Below are positions 38,768 to 48,994 of a stretch of DNA of 64,000 nucleotides, piece by piece. Below the pieces are notes generated by a model, which was given only the letters and a program-made list of their open reading frames with translations, made no database searches and was not told where the DNA came from. A program made the translations under genes and the position numbers. The stretch is from an uncultured virus (IMG/VR IMGVR_UViG_3300025767_000004). Lineage: Duplodnaviria; Heunggongvirae; Uroviricota; Caudoviricetes. Positions within the stretch are counted from its first letter, which is position 1. Each line of letters opens with the position of its first letter. The DNA lies in IMG/VR virus record IMGVR_UViG_3300025767_000004; one strand, given 5' to 3'.

Positions 38768-39612
38768 TACCTTAGTTTTTTAGAAATAAACTTATCCCCA
38801 TCTTGATAGGTTACAAAGTCAACTGCCGTGTATCTATTAGACATTTTAAGGAATGATGTCGCCTGTCTTTCAGAAGTCTTTACCTGAATTGTTTGAATAT
38901 TCCCTTTTGGTGATTTTACGATTAAGTCGATACCAAATTTCATATCGATAAAATCTCCATTACCTCCCTGATATAATATTTCATATCCTTTAGAGTTTAA
39001 TATGTCGGCAACTAAGTCTTCGTTACCTTCACCAACATCAGACCACTTAGTAATCTTATCGGTATAGTTTAACAAATCTTTAGGGTTAGGTAGAAAGGTG
39101 TCTATTAGGTTGTAAATAAAATCTTTGTGGTAATTGAAAATCTCTTTAATATCTCCTTTAGGTGTATTGATAACATCCAAAATATCTTTGGTTCTATCCT
39201 CATCACCCTTATCAAAAGACATTAAAAGTACGTCAGTTAAAACAGTTGCAAGCTGAGAGTAATTTGTGTTTAACTTATTTGACGGATGCCATTCACCATC
39301 GACAAAGACTAATTTACTATCGGATAGTGTCCTCACAAACCAATCGTATTTACTTTTATTTATCTTACCACCACTTAAAAGGTAAGTAGCTCCCAATTCA
39401 TATTTCTTAATGTCTTCATCACTAATATTTGACTTAAGAGACTCTAATCTTTTATTAATGTAATTTGCCAATCCAAATCCATTACTTTGATGTAACCACG
39501 AACCCAATGAGTTAATTCCGTAGAATATTGATTTTTTACTATAACCACTCGTGTCTTCGGTGATTACACCCATTATATCTTTTATTCTATTTAAATCTTC
39601 GTTAATCTTCAT
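38767..39612 (-). CDS. Protein with C-terminal PD-(D/E)XK nuclease-like domain
   Basis: GEGNEDLV...GIDLIV...IQVK; N-terminus MKINEDLNRIKDIMG..ITE. Confidence 0.6.
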   Translation of the reverse strand: MKINEDLNRIKDIMGVITEDTSGYSKKSIFYGINSLGSWLHQSNGFGLANYINKRLESLKSNISDEDIKKYELGATYLLSGGKINKSKYDWFVRTLSDSKLVFVDGEWHPSNKLNTNYSQLATVLTDVLLMSFDKGDEDRTKDILDVINTPKGDIKEIFNYHKDFIYNLIDTFLPNPKDLLNYTDKITKWSDVGEGNEDLVADILNSKGYEILYQGGNGDFIDMKFGIDLIVKSPKGNIQTIQVKTSERQATSFLKMSNRYTAVDFVTYQDGDKFISKKLR

Positions 39613-39721
39613 ATGGTATTCATTTAAGGTTTAATATAAATACAAATATACAAAATAAAATTCAATAATTACTATTATAATAGAATATATTTACTTATAT
39701 TTGTTTAATAAATATGAAAGT

Positions 39722-40006
39722 ATGAAAAATTTAGAAGAGGTTAGAGGTAAGGTTGAAAACTACCTTAAGAATAATGGGTACTATACGGTAATTAACTTAA
39801 CTGAGTCAGATTATCCTCATATTGTAAAAACAGGTGTGGATATCTTATATACTAAATGGTTACCATCCTACGTTGGTGGTGGATTTGCGACCTCAGTTGT
39901 GAATAATGATTTACAACGAGCAACAATGTGTGCTGATATTACTAACATACGAGCACTTAAATTCTACGCACTGTTGTTAGAAAATACTAAGAACCCCTTA
40001 TTATAA
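39722..40006 (+). CDS. Hypothetical protein
   Basis: GGGFA..VVNNDL..A...AD..N; TATATTTG promoter upstream. Confidence 0.6.
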   Translation: MKNLEEVRGKVENYLKNNGYYTVINLTESDYPHIVKTGVDILYTKWLPSYVGGGFATSVVNNDLQRATMCADITNIRALKFYALLLENTKNPLL

Positions 40007-40063
40007 ATAAAAATGGGTGACTCTAATAAAAGAGTCACCCATCATATATAAATTTCTATTTAA

Positions 40064-41533
40064 TTAAGAACACGTTCCGTATAGGTCGTTATCTGTTTTA
40101 ATACCTGAATATTTGTTACCAACATTAATAATGTTATTAACGACTCCATTATTAAACTCAACCATTAAGTAATCCATAGGACTGTAAGTGTCACTGTTAA
40201 CTACCATATTAAACGCATAAATACCATTGTAATCCGTTATAAGTACGTCGTTAGTGTCGTAAATTTGAGAACCTATCTGGAAGTCACCATAATATTTTAG
40301 TGGTGTTGCACTACCTGATGTTCCGTTCTCATGTGTTATAGCATCAACTAAATTACAATACATACTACTTTCATCATCTCTATAGTCAGAATCTCTAAAT
40401 AATTCTATATTAGTATCTTGTTCACTCAACAAATATACATTGGAAAGACTATTAGATGATTGTCCTGAAGATGTGGTCGTAGTTGTTACAGTAGATTCAG
40501 AACACGTTCCATATAGGTCGTTATTTGTATAAATACTACCTTGAACGGTACCATTACTATACGTATAAACTTTATTACCTACATTAATAATTTTTTGGAT
40601 GATACCTTCTCTAAATTCAACAATTAAATACTCATTAGAGGCGTATTCACCATCACTACCATTCATCTTCATAGTATAAAAACCTTCATACCACCACAGT
40701 AGACTTCCCTGATAACTAAATAATTGAGTCCCTGGTTTAAATTCACCGTAATATTTCTTTGAATTTCCATTAGAGGTTTTATGGTTAACTGTAGGGTCAC
40801 CTACTGTTAACTCGTCTACAAACGCACAATACATTCCACTTTCGTCTTCTCTATAATCGGAAGGTGTAAATGTTACATTACCATTAGTTTTATATGTGGT
40901 AATTTCACTCACCGCTTTGAACGGTTGACCTGAATAGGTCGTGGTTGTTGTTACAACCTCTGAGTTACCTCCACTTGCTATTGTAGTAGTGGTTGTAGTT
41001 GGTGCCACCGTAGTAGTAGTGGTTGTAGTTGGTGCTACCGTAGTAGTTGTTGTTGTAGTTGGAGGGATAGTAGTTGTTGTTGTACTAATCTCAAACGTCG
41101 GGTCACCGTCAGGATATGCCTCGACACCAGGGAAACCATTAATAACCAATTCTTTACCATTGGCTAAAAATAGAATAATCTTATCGTTATTATCAATAGA
41201 ACCAGCGACGATTCTATCCTCAATCTGTTCAAAGAATAAACGTTTTCTATCTTCAACAACCTGAGTAAAATCGGCTGGAGACCCATCAATAGATATTGTA
41301 GACCCATCACTATTTTGAAGTACTAAAGTCTCCCCAACAAAAGAACCTGATATGATATTATCGAATACCTGTCCTTTATGTACTTGTTGAAGTGGGTAAT
41401 TCTCAGATAGTGGTTTTGGATGATTTGGTTCGACATTTATAGTATTACCTAATGAGGTAATGAAGTACAGATTACCACCAATAAACTGCCCCGAAACTAT
41501 AGTCTCTAAAATTTGTGATTTTATTTTTTTCAT
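40064..41533 (-). CDS. Thr-rich repeat protein, probable virion surface/decoration protein
   Basis: Poly-Thr/Pro linkers; duplicated domain SDYR.DES.MYC...YYG.F..G.Q...NVGNK...NDLYGTCS. Confidence 0.7.
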   Translation of the reverse strand: MKKIKSQILETIVSGQFIGGNLYFITSLGNTINVEPNHPKPLSENYPLQQVHKGQVFDNIISGSFVGETLVLQNSDGSTISIDGSPADFTQVVEDRKRLFFEQIEDRIVAGSIDNNDKIILFLANGKELVINGFPGVEAYPDGDPTFEISTTTTTIPPTTTTTTTVAPTTTTTTTVAPTTTTTTIASGGNSEVVTTTTTYSGQPFKAVSEITTYKTNGNVTFTPSDYREDESGMYCAFVDELTVGDPTVNHKTSNGNSKKYYGEFKPGTQLFSYQGSLLWWYEGFYTMKMNGSDGEYASNEYLIVEFREGIIQKIINVGNKVYTYSNGTVQGSIYTNNDLYGTCSESTVTTTTTSSGQSSNSLSNVYLLSEQDTNIELFRDSDYRDDESSMYCNLVDAITHENGTSGSATPLKYYGDFQIGSQIYDTNDVLITDYNGIYAFNMVVNSDTYSPMDYLMVEFNNGVVNNIINVGNKYSGIKTDNDLYGTCS

Positions 41534-41729
41534 TATAATGTTTTAATATAAATATTTGTAAAAACACATAACAACAAACTTAATAGTAAAAAGATACTGA
41601 TTAATTAAATCGAGGGTATATTTATACTCAATGATAGTAACATTATTAAAGATGGCGGGGATTTTAGTCCTCTTCTATTTCGGAATGAATAGGTTTTTAC
41701 ACTGGTTGGATAATCGTAAATAGTACGTA

Positions 41730-42245
41730 TTACGCTTCAACCCATTCAGAGTTTCTACCTAAAGATATATCATCGAAGTTATAAGTCTCATAACTCTCCA
41801 AATCAATACTTTCAATTAGTTCACCTTTTTGGTATAGGTCAACATCTATATTAAAGAAAGTAACATGAGAATTAATATTAAAATATCTAAAAACCTTTCT
41901 TTCTAAGTTTTCAAATACGATACGAGCAAATACTCTTTTAGCTAATGGTATTGGAGATGAGGTTAATATAACAGTAATTGAAAGATTACCCAATCCTTTA
42001 AAATAAAGTCCGTCCTTTCCAAAGTCTCCATCTTGGTCCAAAGGTAAGTCGATATCTTCAGGTTTCACCAACCTATCACTATAGAAAGAATCCTTTTCAA
42101 AGGTAACTCCAATTTTAGAGATACAGTCTCTTAACATATTGTGGTCAATCACATAAGAACTTTTAAGGTCCTTCATCATTTTTGCAAACCCAGGTCCCTC
42201 CAGATAGGTATTTACTGCGGACTCCAATTCTTTTCTATAATCCAT
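41730..42245 (-). CDS. Hypothetical protein
   Basis: Start moved to 42245 (MDYRKE), adjacent to upstream stop. Confidence 0.6.
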   Translation of the reverse strand: MDYRKELESAVNTYLEGPGFAKMMKDLKSSYVIDHNMLRDCISKIGVTFEKDSFYSDRLVKPEDIDLPLDQDGDFGKDGLYFKGLGNLSITVILTSSPIPLAKRVFARIVFENLERKVFRYFNINSHVTFFNIDVDLYQKGELIESIDLESYETYNFDDISLGRNSEWVEA

Positions 42246-42246
42246 A

Positions 42247-42774
42247 TTATATTTCTTTCTTTGTTTCAAAGGATACACTACCCAGTCTAACCCCATATTT
42301 GTTTTTCACGTCCCTCATTGCCAAACTTACTGATTTGGTAACACAACGGTCATCGTGACATTGCAAGTCATAAAATACCTCTTCTTCATAATCCTCAGGA
42401 CATTCTTCATACTTCTCATCCACAGTACCATAAATCTTAATACCGTTAATACCTCCATGTCCGTCATAGATGTTCTTCATAGTCGAAGGGGATTGGACAT
42501 CGAAATTGGGGGTTATCTCCAAACATACAATTTCATTATCGCAAGTAAGGTGTTCTTTAACCTTTTCATTAAAGTACTCAACCATATCTTTATATACCTC
42601 AGTAGCCCCAACAAAAGAATTGAAACGAATACCGTAATACTCAGCAACCGTTTCCAAATAATCATAATAGGTAAAGAACTTTACACTCGAACCCAAATAA
42701 CGGGTATGGTCATAACTAACTCCCAACTTACCCCATAAAGTTAATAATTGTTTTTTTTCAATATCAGTCATCAC
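42247..42774 (-). CDS. Hypothetical protein
   Basis: DIEKKQLLTLWGKLG motif. Confidence 0.6.
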   Translation of the reverse strand: MMTDIEKKQLLTLWGKLGVSYDHTRYLGSSVKFFTYYDYLETVAEYYGIRFNSFVGATEVYKDMVEYFNEKVKEHLTCDNEIVCLEITPNFDVQSPSTMKNIYDGHGGINGIKIYGTVDEKYEECPEDYEEEVFYDLQCHDDRCVTKSVSLAMRDVKNKYGVRLGSVSFETKKEI

Positions 42775-43140
42775 TTAATCTCTATCTATTTTATTACTCA
42801 ACTCAACGGAAGGTACTTCCAATTCAAATCTATCTTCAAACCAATCTCCAATAACATCCATTGCTCTAACACTACGGATATTAAATAACTTGGTCATTGA
42901 TATAACCAACATCTCAGGGACCATTAATAACTTTGAATTATCCTTAGGATTACTCATCACATAATTATGGTGAGTTATTCTATAACTACCACCGTTAATA
43001 GTAAAATGAACATCGTGACGGTCTATCCAACTATAACCTTCAGGGTTGGGATACTTCTCAATATTGGTACCCACCTTACTATCCAATAATTTATAACAAA
43101 CCATATATAGTTGTTCTTCACTAATTTTAAACTTCCTCAT
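42775..43140 (-). CDS. Hypothetical protein
   Basis: MRKFKISEEQL start motif; TATTTAT upstream. Confidence 0.65.
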   Translation of the reverse strand: MRKFKISEEQLYMVCYKLLDSKVGTNIEKYPNPEGYSWIDRHDVHFTINGGSYRITHHNYVMSNPKDNSKLLMVPEMLVISMTKLFNIRSVRAMDVIGDWFEDRFELEVPSVELSNKIDRD

Positions 43141-43151
43141 ATCAATAAATA

Positions 43152-43655
43152 CTATCCAATATAATTATCGTCTGACCAACTAATACCACAATCCATATTG
43201 AATCTTTTCTTAGGTTGGGACCAATCATCCTTAACTTTATAACCAAACTTATTCTCAATCATATATAAGAAAGATTTATAATTGTTAACAACCCAATCGT
43301 GGTTTACAACAATACACTTATCCTTAGGGAGAGACATACCATAATCAATATATTTAGAATACGTATCATAGTCAACAGGATACATATACCAATCTTTTCT
43401 CTTTATGGATTCAACCCACTTATCATAATCCTTATAGATAACAATAACATAATCAGAGTAATCCATACTCGGCCACGCATGTTTAACAGAACCCGTAATA
43501 TTATTTCTAATAATTAAATCATCAGAATTAGAATCAAACAACTTATCATCATTCAAAGGAACATAATCCAAACCCAATATATTAACCCGAAGGGTGTGCT
43601 CAATAAAGTTTGTGCCACTACGAGGCAAACCAAATACCTGAATATTATTTCTCAT
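43152..43655 (-). CDS. Sulfotransferase-like protein
   Basis: FGLPRSGTNF 5'-PSB loop, KH, W..S. Confidence 0.65.
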   Translation of the reverse strand: MRNNIQVFGLPRSGTNFIEHTLRVNILGLDYVPLNDDKLFDSNSDDLIIRNNITGSVKHAWPSMDYSDYVIVIYKDYDKWVESIKRKDWYMYPVDYDTYSKYIDYGMSLPKDKCIVVNHDWVVNNYKSFLYMIENKFGYKVKDDWSQPKKRFNMDCGISWSDDNYIG

Positions 43656-43769
43656 ATCTATAAATACCACATATTATCAAATGATACACCTATAGACATA
43701 TAGGTGGTTCGGACGACCAGAAAGATTACCATTTATATATTTATAACCAAACGAAAGACAATCAATAGT

Positions 43770-44444
43770 ATGGGATGGATACAAAAAGACACAGGATGGA
43801 TAAAAGTCATATTAGTAGCAGACTTAATAACCACAATCATAGAACATAACCCACAGATGACAGACTATCTCGAAATAGGAACTCAAACAGGGAAAACATT
43901 CAATAGAATAAACATAAAGAATAAAGTAGGGGTAGACATAGTAGACCAAAAAGAAAAGTTTAAATTCACGGCAACACATATAACAACATCACAAAACTTC
44001 ATACATAATATTAATAACCAAACTTACGACATAATACTTTGTGACGGAGATAGAGATGGTAAAGTATCATCAAAAGATATTGTAGACTCATATAACATAT
44101 TAAACGATAATGGGTATATCATATTCCAAACAATACTAACAACAAACCCAATAGAAGAAAAGGTACCAAGACAATCAATACGTTGGACAGGAGATACATG
44201 GAAATATATTCAAGACCTACAACATAATAAAACATTCCCCATATATCTTATTCATACAATGGATGAAAATCTACCATACCACTTAGTTATCTCAAATAAC
44301 CTACCATTCCAAAAAACAAATGGTAATCCACCAATGAAAGACTTTAATAAACTAATGTCCAATGTTGATGAATATTTCCATACACTTACAGTTGATGAAC
44401 TTATTACACTAATGAATAAAAAAAATACTTCATACACCCGATAG
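43770..44444 (+). CDS. Class I SAM methyltransferase (Methyltransf_24-like)
   Basis: YLEIG, K.GVD, YDII..DG, L...G.I, W.GD.WK. Confidence 0.7.
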   Translation: MGWIQKDTGWIKVILVADLITTIIEHNPQMTDYLEIGTQTGKTFNRINIKNKVGVDIVDQKEKFKFTATHITTSQNFIHNINNQTYDIILCDGDRDGKVSSKDIVDSYNILNDNGYIIFQTILTTNPIEEKVPRQSIRWTGDTWKYIQDLQHNKTFPIYLIHTMDENLPYHLVISNNLPFQKTNGNPPMKDFNKLMSNVDEYFHTLTVDELITLMNKKNTSYTR

Positions 44445-44499
44445 GGATTCCTAAGTTTATCATAACCCAAATTAACAAACCATTAGTTTGGATACACAC

Positions 44500-45520
44500 A
44501 CATATATAAACCCAATCCCCCACGAAATTTTCCAAAAATTTTTTTTAGGGATTTCTACAGATTTTTTCCAAAAATTTTTTTTTAAACTTTTACATACTTT
44601 ATAGTCGGCATAGACCCCCCTTTTAGAGGTGTCAAAATGTCCTATATATACGGGGGCCCGGAGGGGGGGGGACCCCCTATATTAGAGGGGGGTAGGTAGG
44701 GGGTTGTGTATCAGATACTTAGGGGGGGTGTCTTATGTTAATAACTTAGGTGTATTGTTAATAACTTTATCTTATGTAATATTGTCAGTAGATATATTTT
44801 GTGGTTACAAATAATTGTTGTATCTTTGTGTTGACGCTTTAGATATTTTCTTAGGGGAGAATATAAGGCAGGATGGAGTCTACTCTTTCGGGGTGTTAAC
44901 CTCAGACCATAACAAAGATAGTGAAATCTTTTTTCATATACAACTTGTGTGGTAATTATTTTAGTTGTATCTTTGTGTTGGTGCCTTAGAGATTTTCTTA
45001 GGGGAGAATGTAGAGCACCATAACAAAGGTAGTGAATATATTTTACATATACAAATAAAGTTATTAACAGTGGGGGTGTTCATAAAATAATATACCGAAG
45101 GTATTCTTCAGGAACACCCCGTAAGTATGTGTGTCTTAGGGGATTACCTTAGGTGGTAAATTGTGGTAGACCCATTAGGTACATATAAAAATAAAGTTAT
45201 TAACAATACAAATTAGGGATAGTGTATAAAAAAATAGGGATTTTAGACAAATTGTCACCCCATTTATTTGGTTTTTAGAAAAAAAAGACGTAGAGGACGC
45301 GGACGGGTCAGACATTTTCCCCCACTTTCTACCACTTGGTGATTATAGTCTATAACTAAAAAAACCCCGATTTCACGAGGAAAAAGGGGAATTAATTAGG
45401 GTTTCATAAGTATAAATAGAAGTAATAAAGTGACTAACTTTTTACGACAAATACATAAGAAAAGTCCTGTTTTTAGTGGTAAAAAGGGGAATAAATCCCT
45501 GTTTTACATATAACTTTGTA
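44500..45520. other. Gene-free control region, candidate replication origin or genome-end region
   Basis: No ORF; G/C homopolymer tracts; local skew inversion; repeated TTATTAACA; duplicated promoter units. Confidence 0.5.
44799..45053. repeat. Two imperfect direct repeat units, each with convergent TAnnTTTG promoters
   Basis: GTTGTATCTTTGTGTTG..TTAGA.ATTTTCTTAGGGGAGAAT and ACCATAACAAAG.TAGTGAA...CATATACAA each occur twice. Confidence 0.8.
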
Positions 45521-45525
45521 GTGTA

Positions 45526-45810
45526 TTAATCTGTAGTATCAGTACCTTTAGAAAGGTTAGATAGTTCATTATTAATAGTATTGTTATTTAGTGTAAGACC
45601 TTCTTTCATTTTAAACTTAGAAGGGTTTTCAGTAATTTCTTTGGATAGTAGTTCCATTGATTCATTGATAAGCGTGAGACCCTTTGAAAGTTTCTCTTCA
45701 ACTGAATCTATTAGGGTAATATCCATATCATCGACATCTATATTTTTATCCAACACTTGAATGACGTAGGTTGATGAAAGTAATTCGTTTGTTAATTGTA
45801 GTAAACTCAT
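45526..45810 (-). CDS. Hypothetical protein
   Basis: 94-aa ORF. Confidence 0.5.
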   Translation of the reverse strand: MSLLQLTNELLSSTYVIQVLDKNIDVDDMDITLIDSVEEKLSKGLTLINESMELLSKEITENPSKFKMKEGLTLNNNTINNELSNLSKGTDTTD

Positions 45811-46301
45811 AATTTAATGTATCTAATTTTATTTTTATACGTTCTAATGTTAATGTATTAATAATCTTTCATAAGTGAACACTATTATTATATATGTTTA
45901 TGATGTCTTAGTTATTTTTACTTATCTAAAGACTGTTATACATATCTTCATTTGTGTTCTTTTGTTTTATCTTAGAGTCATTGTATCTTATCATCCCCGT
46001 GTATGTGTCTCATCCTTTGTTTTAGACACGTTATAGTTCTTTATGATAACTTATACCATTTAACTTTAGATAAACTCTTATATAAAGATTCTTCTATAAG
46101 GAATGTTCACGGATGTGGTAAGTGAATCCCCCTTTGTGAGTGGGGGGATGAGATTACTTCATACGTTAATAGTCCTTTGGTTATATTATAAAAACTATAA
46201 TTGATAAAGACAAGTCCTTTTATTGTGTGGCTAGTTAGAATCCCCTTTATCCCCTTTACTATTAATCTGTTGTTGCGATATTTATTATAAACAAATATAT
46301 T

Positions 46302-46433
46302 ATGGGAAGTAAATTCTTTGGAAACAAAAACGACAACAAAAACAATACTAACAAATCGTCTAATAAGATGAAACAGAATAACAATAAGAAGAACGGTGGG
46401 TCAGGTATTAAGAAATCAGGTAGAGGTAAGTAA
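46302..46433 (+). CDS. Small basic K/N/G-rich peptide (not in ORF track)
   Basis: MGSKFFGNKNDNKNNTNKSSNKMKQNNNKKNGGSGIKKSGRGK*. Confidence 0.55.
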   Translation: MGSKFFGNKNDNKNNTNKSSNKMKQNNNKKNGGSGIKKSGRGK

Positions 46434-46489
46434 TACTATATCTTTCTTTATGGGGCTAGTTTAAATCCCCCCTTACCCCCTTTTGTTTA

Positions 46490-46699
46490 TTACCTTACTA
46501 TCTTAAAGGAAACTATCGTATCACAGTCATTACATACAGTGGTATCTATTCTTCCTCGTATACACGAATCCTGTTCCCATAATACTATATGGTTTGAACC
46601 ATCACACTTACACGTAACGACGCCTTTCTCTGTACACGACACAGAACCCCACTTACGCAATTTAATGTCCTTAATCCACTCCTCTCGTAATAACTCCAT
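46490..46699 (-). CDS. Small Cys-rich protein
   Basis: CKC...CNDC; TATCTTTG promoter at 46721-46728 (minus). Confidence 0.6.
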   Translation of the reverse strand: MELLREEWIKDIKLRKWGSVSCTEKGVVTCKCDGSNHIVLWEQDSCIRGRIDTTVCNDCDTIVSFKIVR

Positions 46700-46794
46700 A
46701 TATATCTTTTTTGATTACTACAAAGATACAATATTTACTGATACCACACAAATCTTTCTTTATGTGGCTGGTTTAAAATCCCCCGACCCCCTTT

Positions 46795-47370
46795 TTACTT
46801 AATTAACCCTGAGAGTCTTTTATAGTTTTCGTAGACCTTAATCACCTCAGCAGTATCAATCTCCGTTTCAGAGTCCCATGTATCAAAGACCTCATCATTT
46901 TGATACTGTCCATCAAAAATGTAAATATCTCCTTCGTAATACATCTGTTCTATACCTCTTTTAGAATACCCATCGTGAGTATCAGTATAATAGTCTGACT
47001 TTCTAGCCGTATATGTCTCTGAACCATTAACCCTAAACTTTTTATACTTAGGAACTTCATATACACTCTCGTCTCTCTCTTTCTCCAATAACCTGTCGTA
47101 ATTAAGAATAACGAATTCATAACAGAAATCTTTTAAGTCATCACTATTTAAATTTAAACCAACGTATTTTATCTTATCAAGAACATCTTCAATAGTATCG
47201 TAATTGTCCTCAAATCTTTCTAATGGTGTAGACTCAAAGTCATACCTTCTTACTTCAAACAAATACCATAATAGCACCTTTGTTGTGATTGGAGGTTTCC
47301 TACCTGACTCACTATCATTTTCGATAATTAAGTCTTTTAAAATGTTCTTGAATTTAAATGTGTCTGACAT
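46795..47370 (-). CDS. Hypothetical protein, paralog of 48995-49612
   Basis: Shared KK..V.G.E.Y and DTWDSE..ID; LIIE; ends YKRLSGL. Confidence 0.7.
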   Translation of the reverse strand: MSDTFKFKNILKDLIIENDSESGRKPPITTKVLLWYLFEVRRYDFESTPLERFEDNYDTIEDVLDKIKYVGLNLNSDDLKDFCYEFVILNYDRLLEKERDESVYEVPKYKKFRVNGSETYTARKSDYYTDTHDGYSKRGIEQMYYEGDIYIFDGQYQNDEVFDTWDSETEIDTAEVIKVYENYKRLSGLIK

Positions 47371-47416
47371 TATATTTATGAATATAAAGATAAATATACC
47401 ATAAAGTTATTTAAAG

Positions 47417-47968
47417 ATGGAAGAAGATAAAGGAATAATCATACAACTACGTAAACTATTTAAATCATTAATATTGGATAAGTACAACGCCAATGGTGAA
47501 ATTAAAGTTATTAACTTCCTTAACGATGAATACTACGATGTTAATAGTGATGATGAATTTCCCACTGTTGGAGGTATTGAAGTAATCTTTGATTTAGATA
47601 GTAAACGTTTATACTCACACCTGACAGAAACTTATGATAAGGAATATTCTGACCTATTCATTATAGGACTACATTACGATAAGTTTGATTCTATTCTTAA
47701 GTACTTACCTGAACTTCCATTCTATCACGAAATCTATCACAACCATATTAACTTAGACGCTCTTATCGATACCTTCCCTGAAATGATTGATAATATTAAT
47801 AGTAAATCAACGTCAAAACTTGAAAGTATCGAATTGTTAGACCGTGAACATCTTTCTAAACTTAGGGGAACAAACTTTAGTCTGAAGTTACATGCTGAGT
47901 CAGGATTGGAAGATTTACACTATATCGCCTCAGGAACATATCCCGACCTATTGTGGGTAATCTCATAG
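47417..47968 (+). CDS. Hypothetical protein
   Basis: 183-aa ORF. Confidence 0.6.
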   Translation: MEEDKGIIIQLRKLFKSLILDKYNANGEIKVINFLNDEYYDVNSDDEFPTVGGIEVIFDLDSKRLYSHLTETYDKEYSDLFIIGLHYDKFDSILKYLPELPFYHEIYHNHINLDALIDTFPEMIDNINSKSTSKLESIELLDREHLSKLRGTNFSLKLHAESGLEDLHYIASGTYPDLLWVIS

Positions 47969-48106
47969 GTAAGGTATTCTTATCCCTTATCAGTGACTTT
48001 ATCCGTTTCTTTATATTCGTACCACGCAGGATTTGGTAACTCACTGTAGTGGTCCCATAACTCCCTCTGTACTATCTCTGTATCATTGTTAGTCTTACTC
48101 GACATA

Positions 48107-48991
48107 CTACTGTTTTCTTTTTGACGTACTACCTCTTCTAATTACCGTTGTGTTTCCTCTCGTCCTCGTAGGTGTTGACCTAACAGGATTTGTTCTCGTT
48201 GGTGTAGTTCTAATAGGTCTAACAGTATTCGTTCTCGTTGGTGTGGTTCTTACCCTCGTATCTCTATTAGGTGTAGTTCTTACCCTCGTATCTCTATTAG
48301 GTGTAGTTCTTACCCTCGTATTATTTGTTCTAGTCGGAGTAACCCTAACAGGTCTTGGGGTGACTGTGTTGTTAGTCCTAACTCTTCTACCATTTGTAAC
48401 TCCACCTCTTCTACCATTTGTATTTATGGTTCTATAATATCTTTGACCGTAATAGTTGTTCCATCCGTAATAGTTGTTCCATCCATATCCGTTGTAAACA
48501 TTACCCATCCAATTATTATAACCCCATCTATCGTATCCAAATGGAGACCATCTATGTGGTGTATAACCCCATTGATTAAATCTGTTATTCCACATTAGAT
48601 TATTATTCCAGTGGTTAGGTCCTCCCCAATTCCAATTCCATTGAGAAGCGGCTATAAACCCTGAACTAGGCCTACAAAAATAAGGAGAGTAACTAAAATC
48701 AGTCCAATTGTTTAAGTTGTGAAAACCATGGACTCTACAATGCACCCAATTTCCCGTACTATTCAATCCTAAATCTTCAGGGTCTAAGTTTTTAAACGTT
48801 TCAAAATTTGTAGAGTATACTTTAACAGGATATTGTGGGTTTACCTGTTGGTGTGGTATTGGTTGAGAATTAAACCCGATTCTAATTGACCCACACGATG
48901 ATAACCCTAACAACATTAATCCAATAACTGTAGATTTTATTATAATTGATACTCTTTCTTCGGTACTGAATCTGTTTAATAGTCTTCTCAT
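48107..48991 (-). CDS. Bacteroidota-type lipoprotein with W/N/G/Y-rich and R/T/P-repeat regions
   Basis: LSSC lipobox; YGWNNY repeats; RVRTTPNRDT repeats. Confidence 0.7.
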   Translation of the reverse strand: MRRLLNRFSTEERVSIIIKSTVIGLMLLGLSSCGSIRIGFNSQPIPHQQVNPQYPVKVYSTNFETFKNLDPEDLGLNSTGNWVHCRVHGFHNLNNWTDFSYSPYFCRPSSGFIAASQWNWNWGGPNHWNNNLMWNNRFNQWGYTPHRWSPFGYDRWGYNNWMGNVYNGYGWNNYYGWNNYYGQRYYRTINTNGRRGGVTNGRRVRTNNTVTPRPVRVTPTRTNNTRVRTTPNRDTRVRTTPNRDTRVRTTPTRTNTVRPIRTTPTRTNPVRSTPTRTRGNTTVIRRGSTSKRKQ

Positions 48992-48994
48992 CTC

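Larger units (their letters stand above)
46228..46797. repeat. Three dispersed ~33-bp intergenic repeats
   Basis: GTGGCTAGTTAGAATCCCCTTTATCCCCTTT (46228), GGGGCTAGTTTAAATCCCCCCTTACCCCCTTTT (46452), GTGGCTGGTTTAAAATCCCCCGACCCCCTTTT (46764). Confidence 0.75.

Noticed and set aside
40941..41264. Val-rich plus-strand ORF
   Set aside because: Antisense shadow of the poly-Thr region; the same applies to 48150-48437
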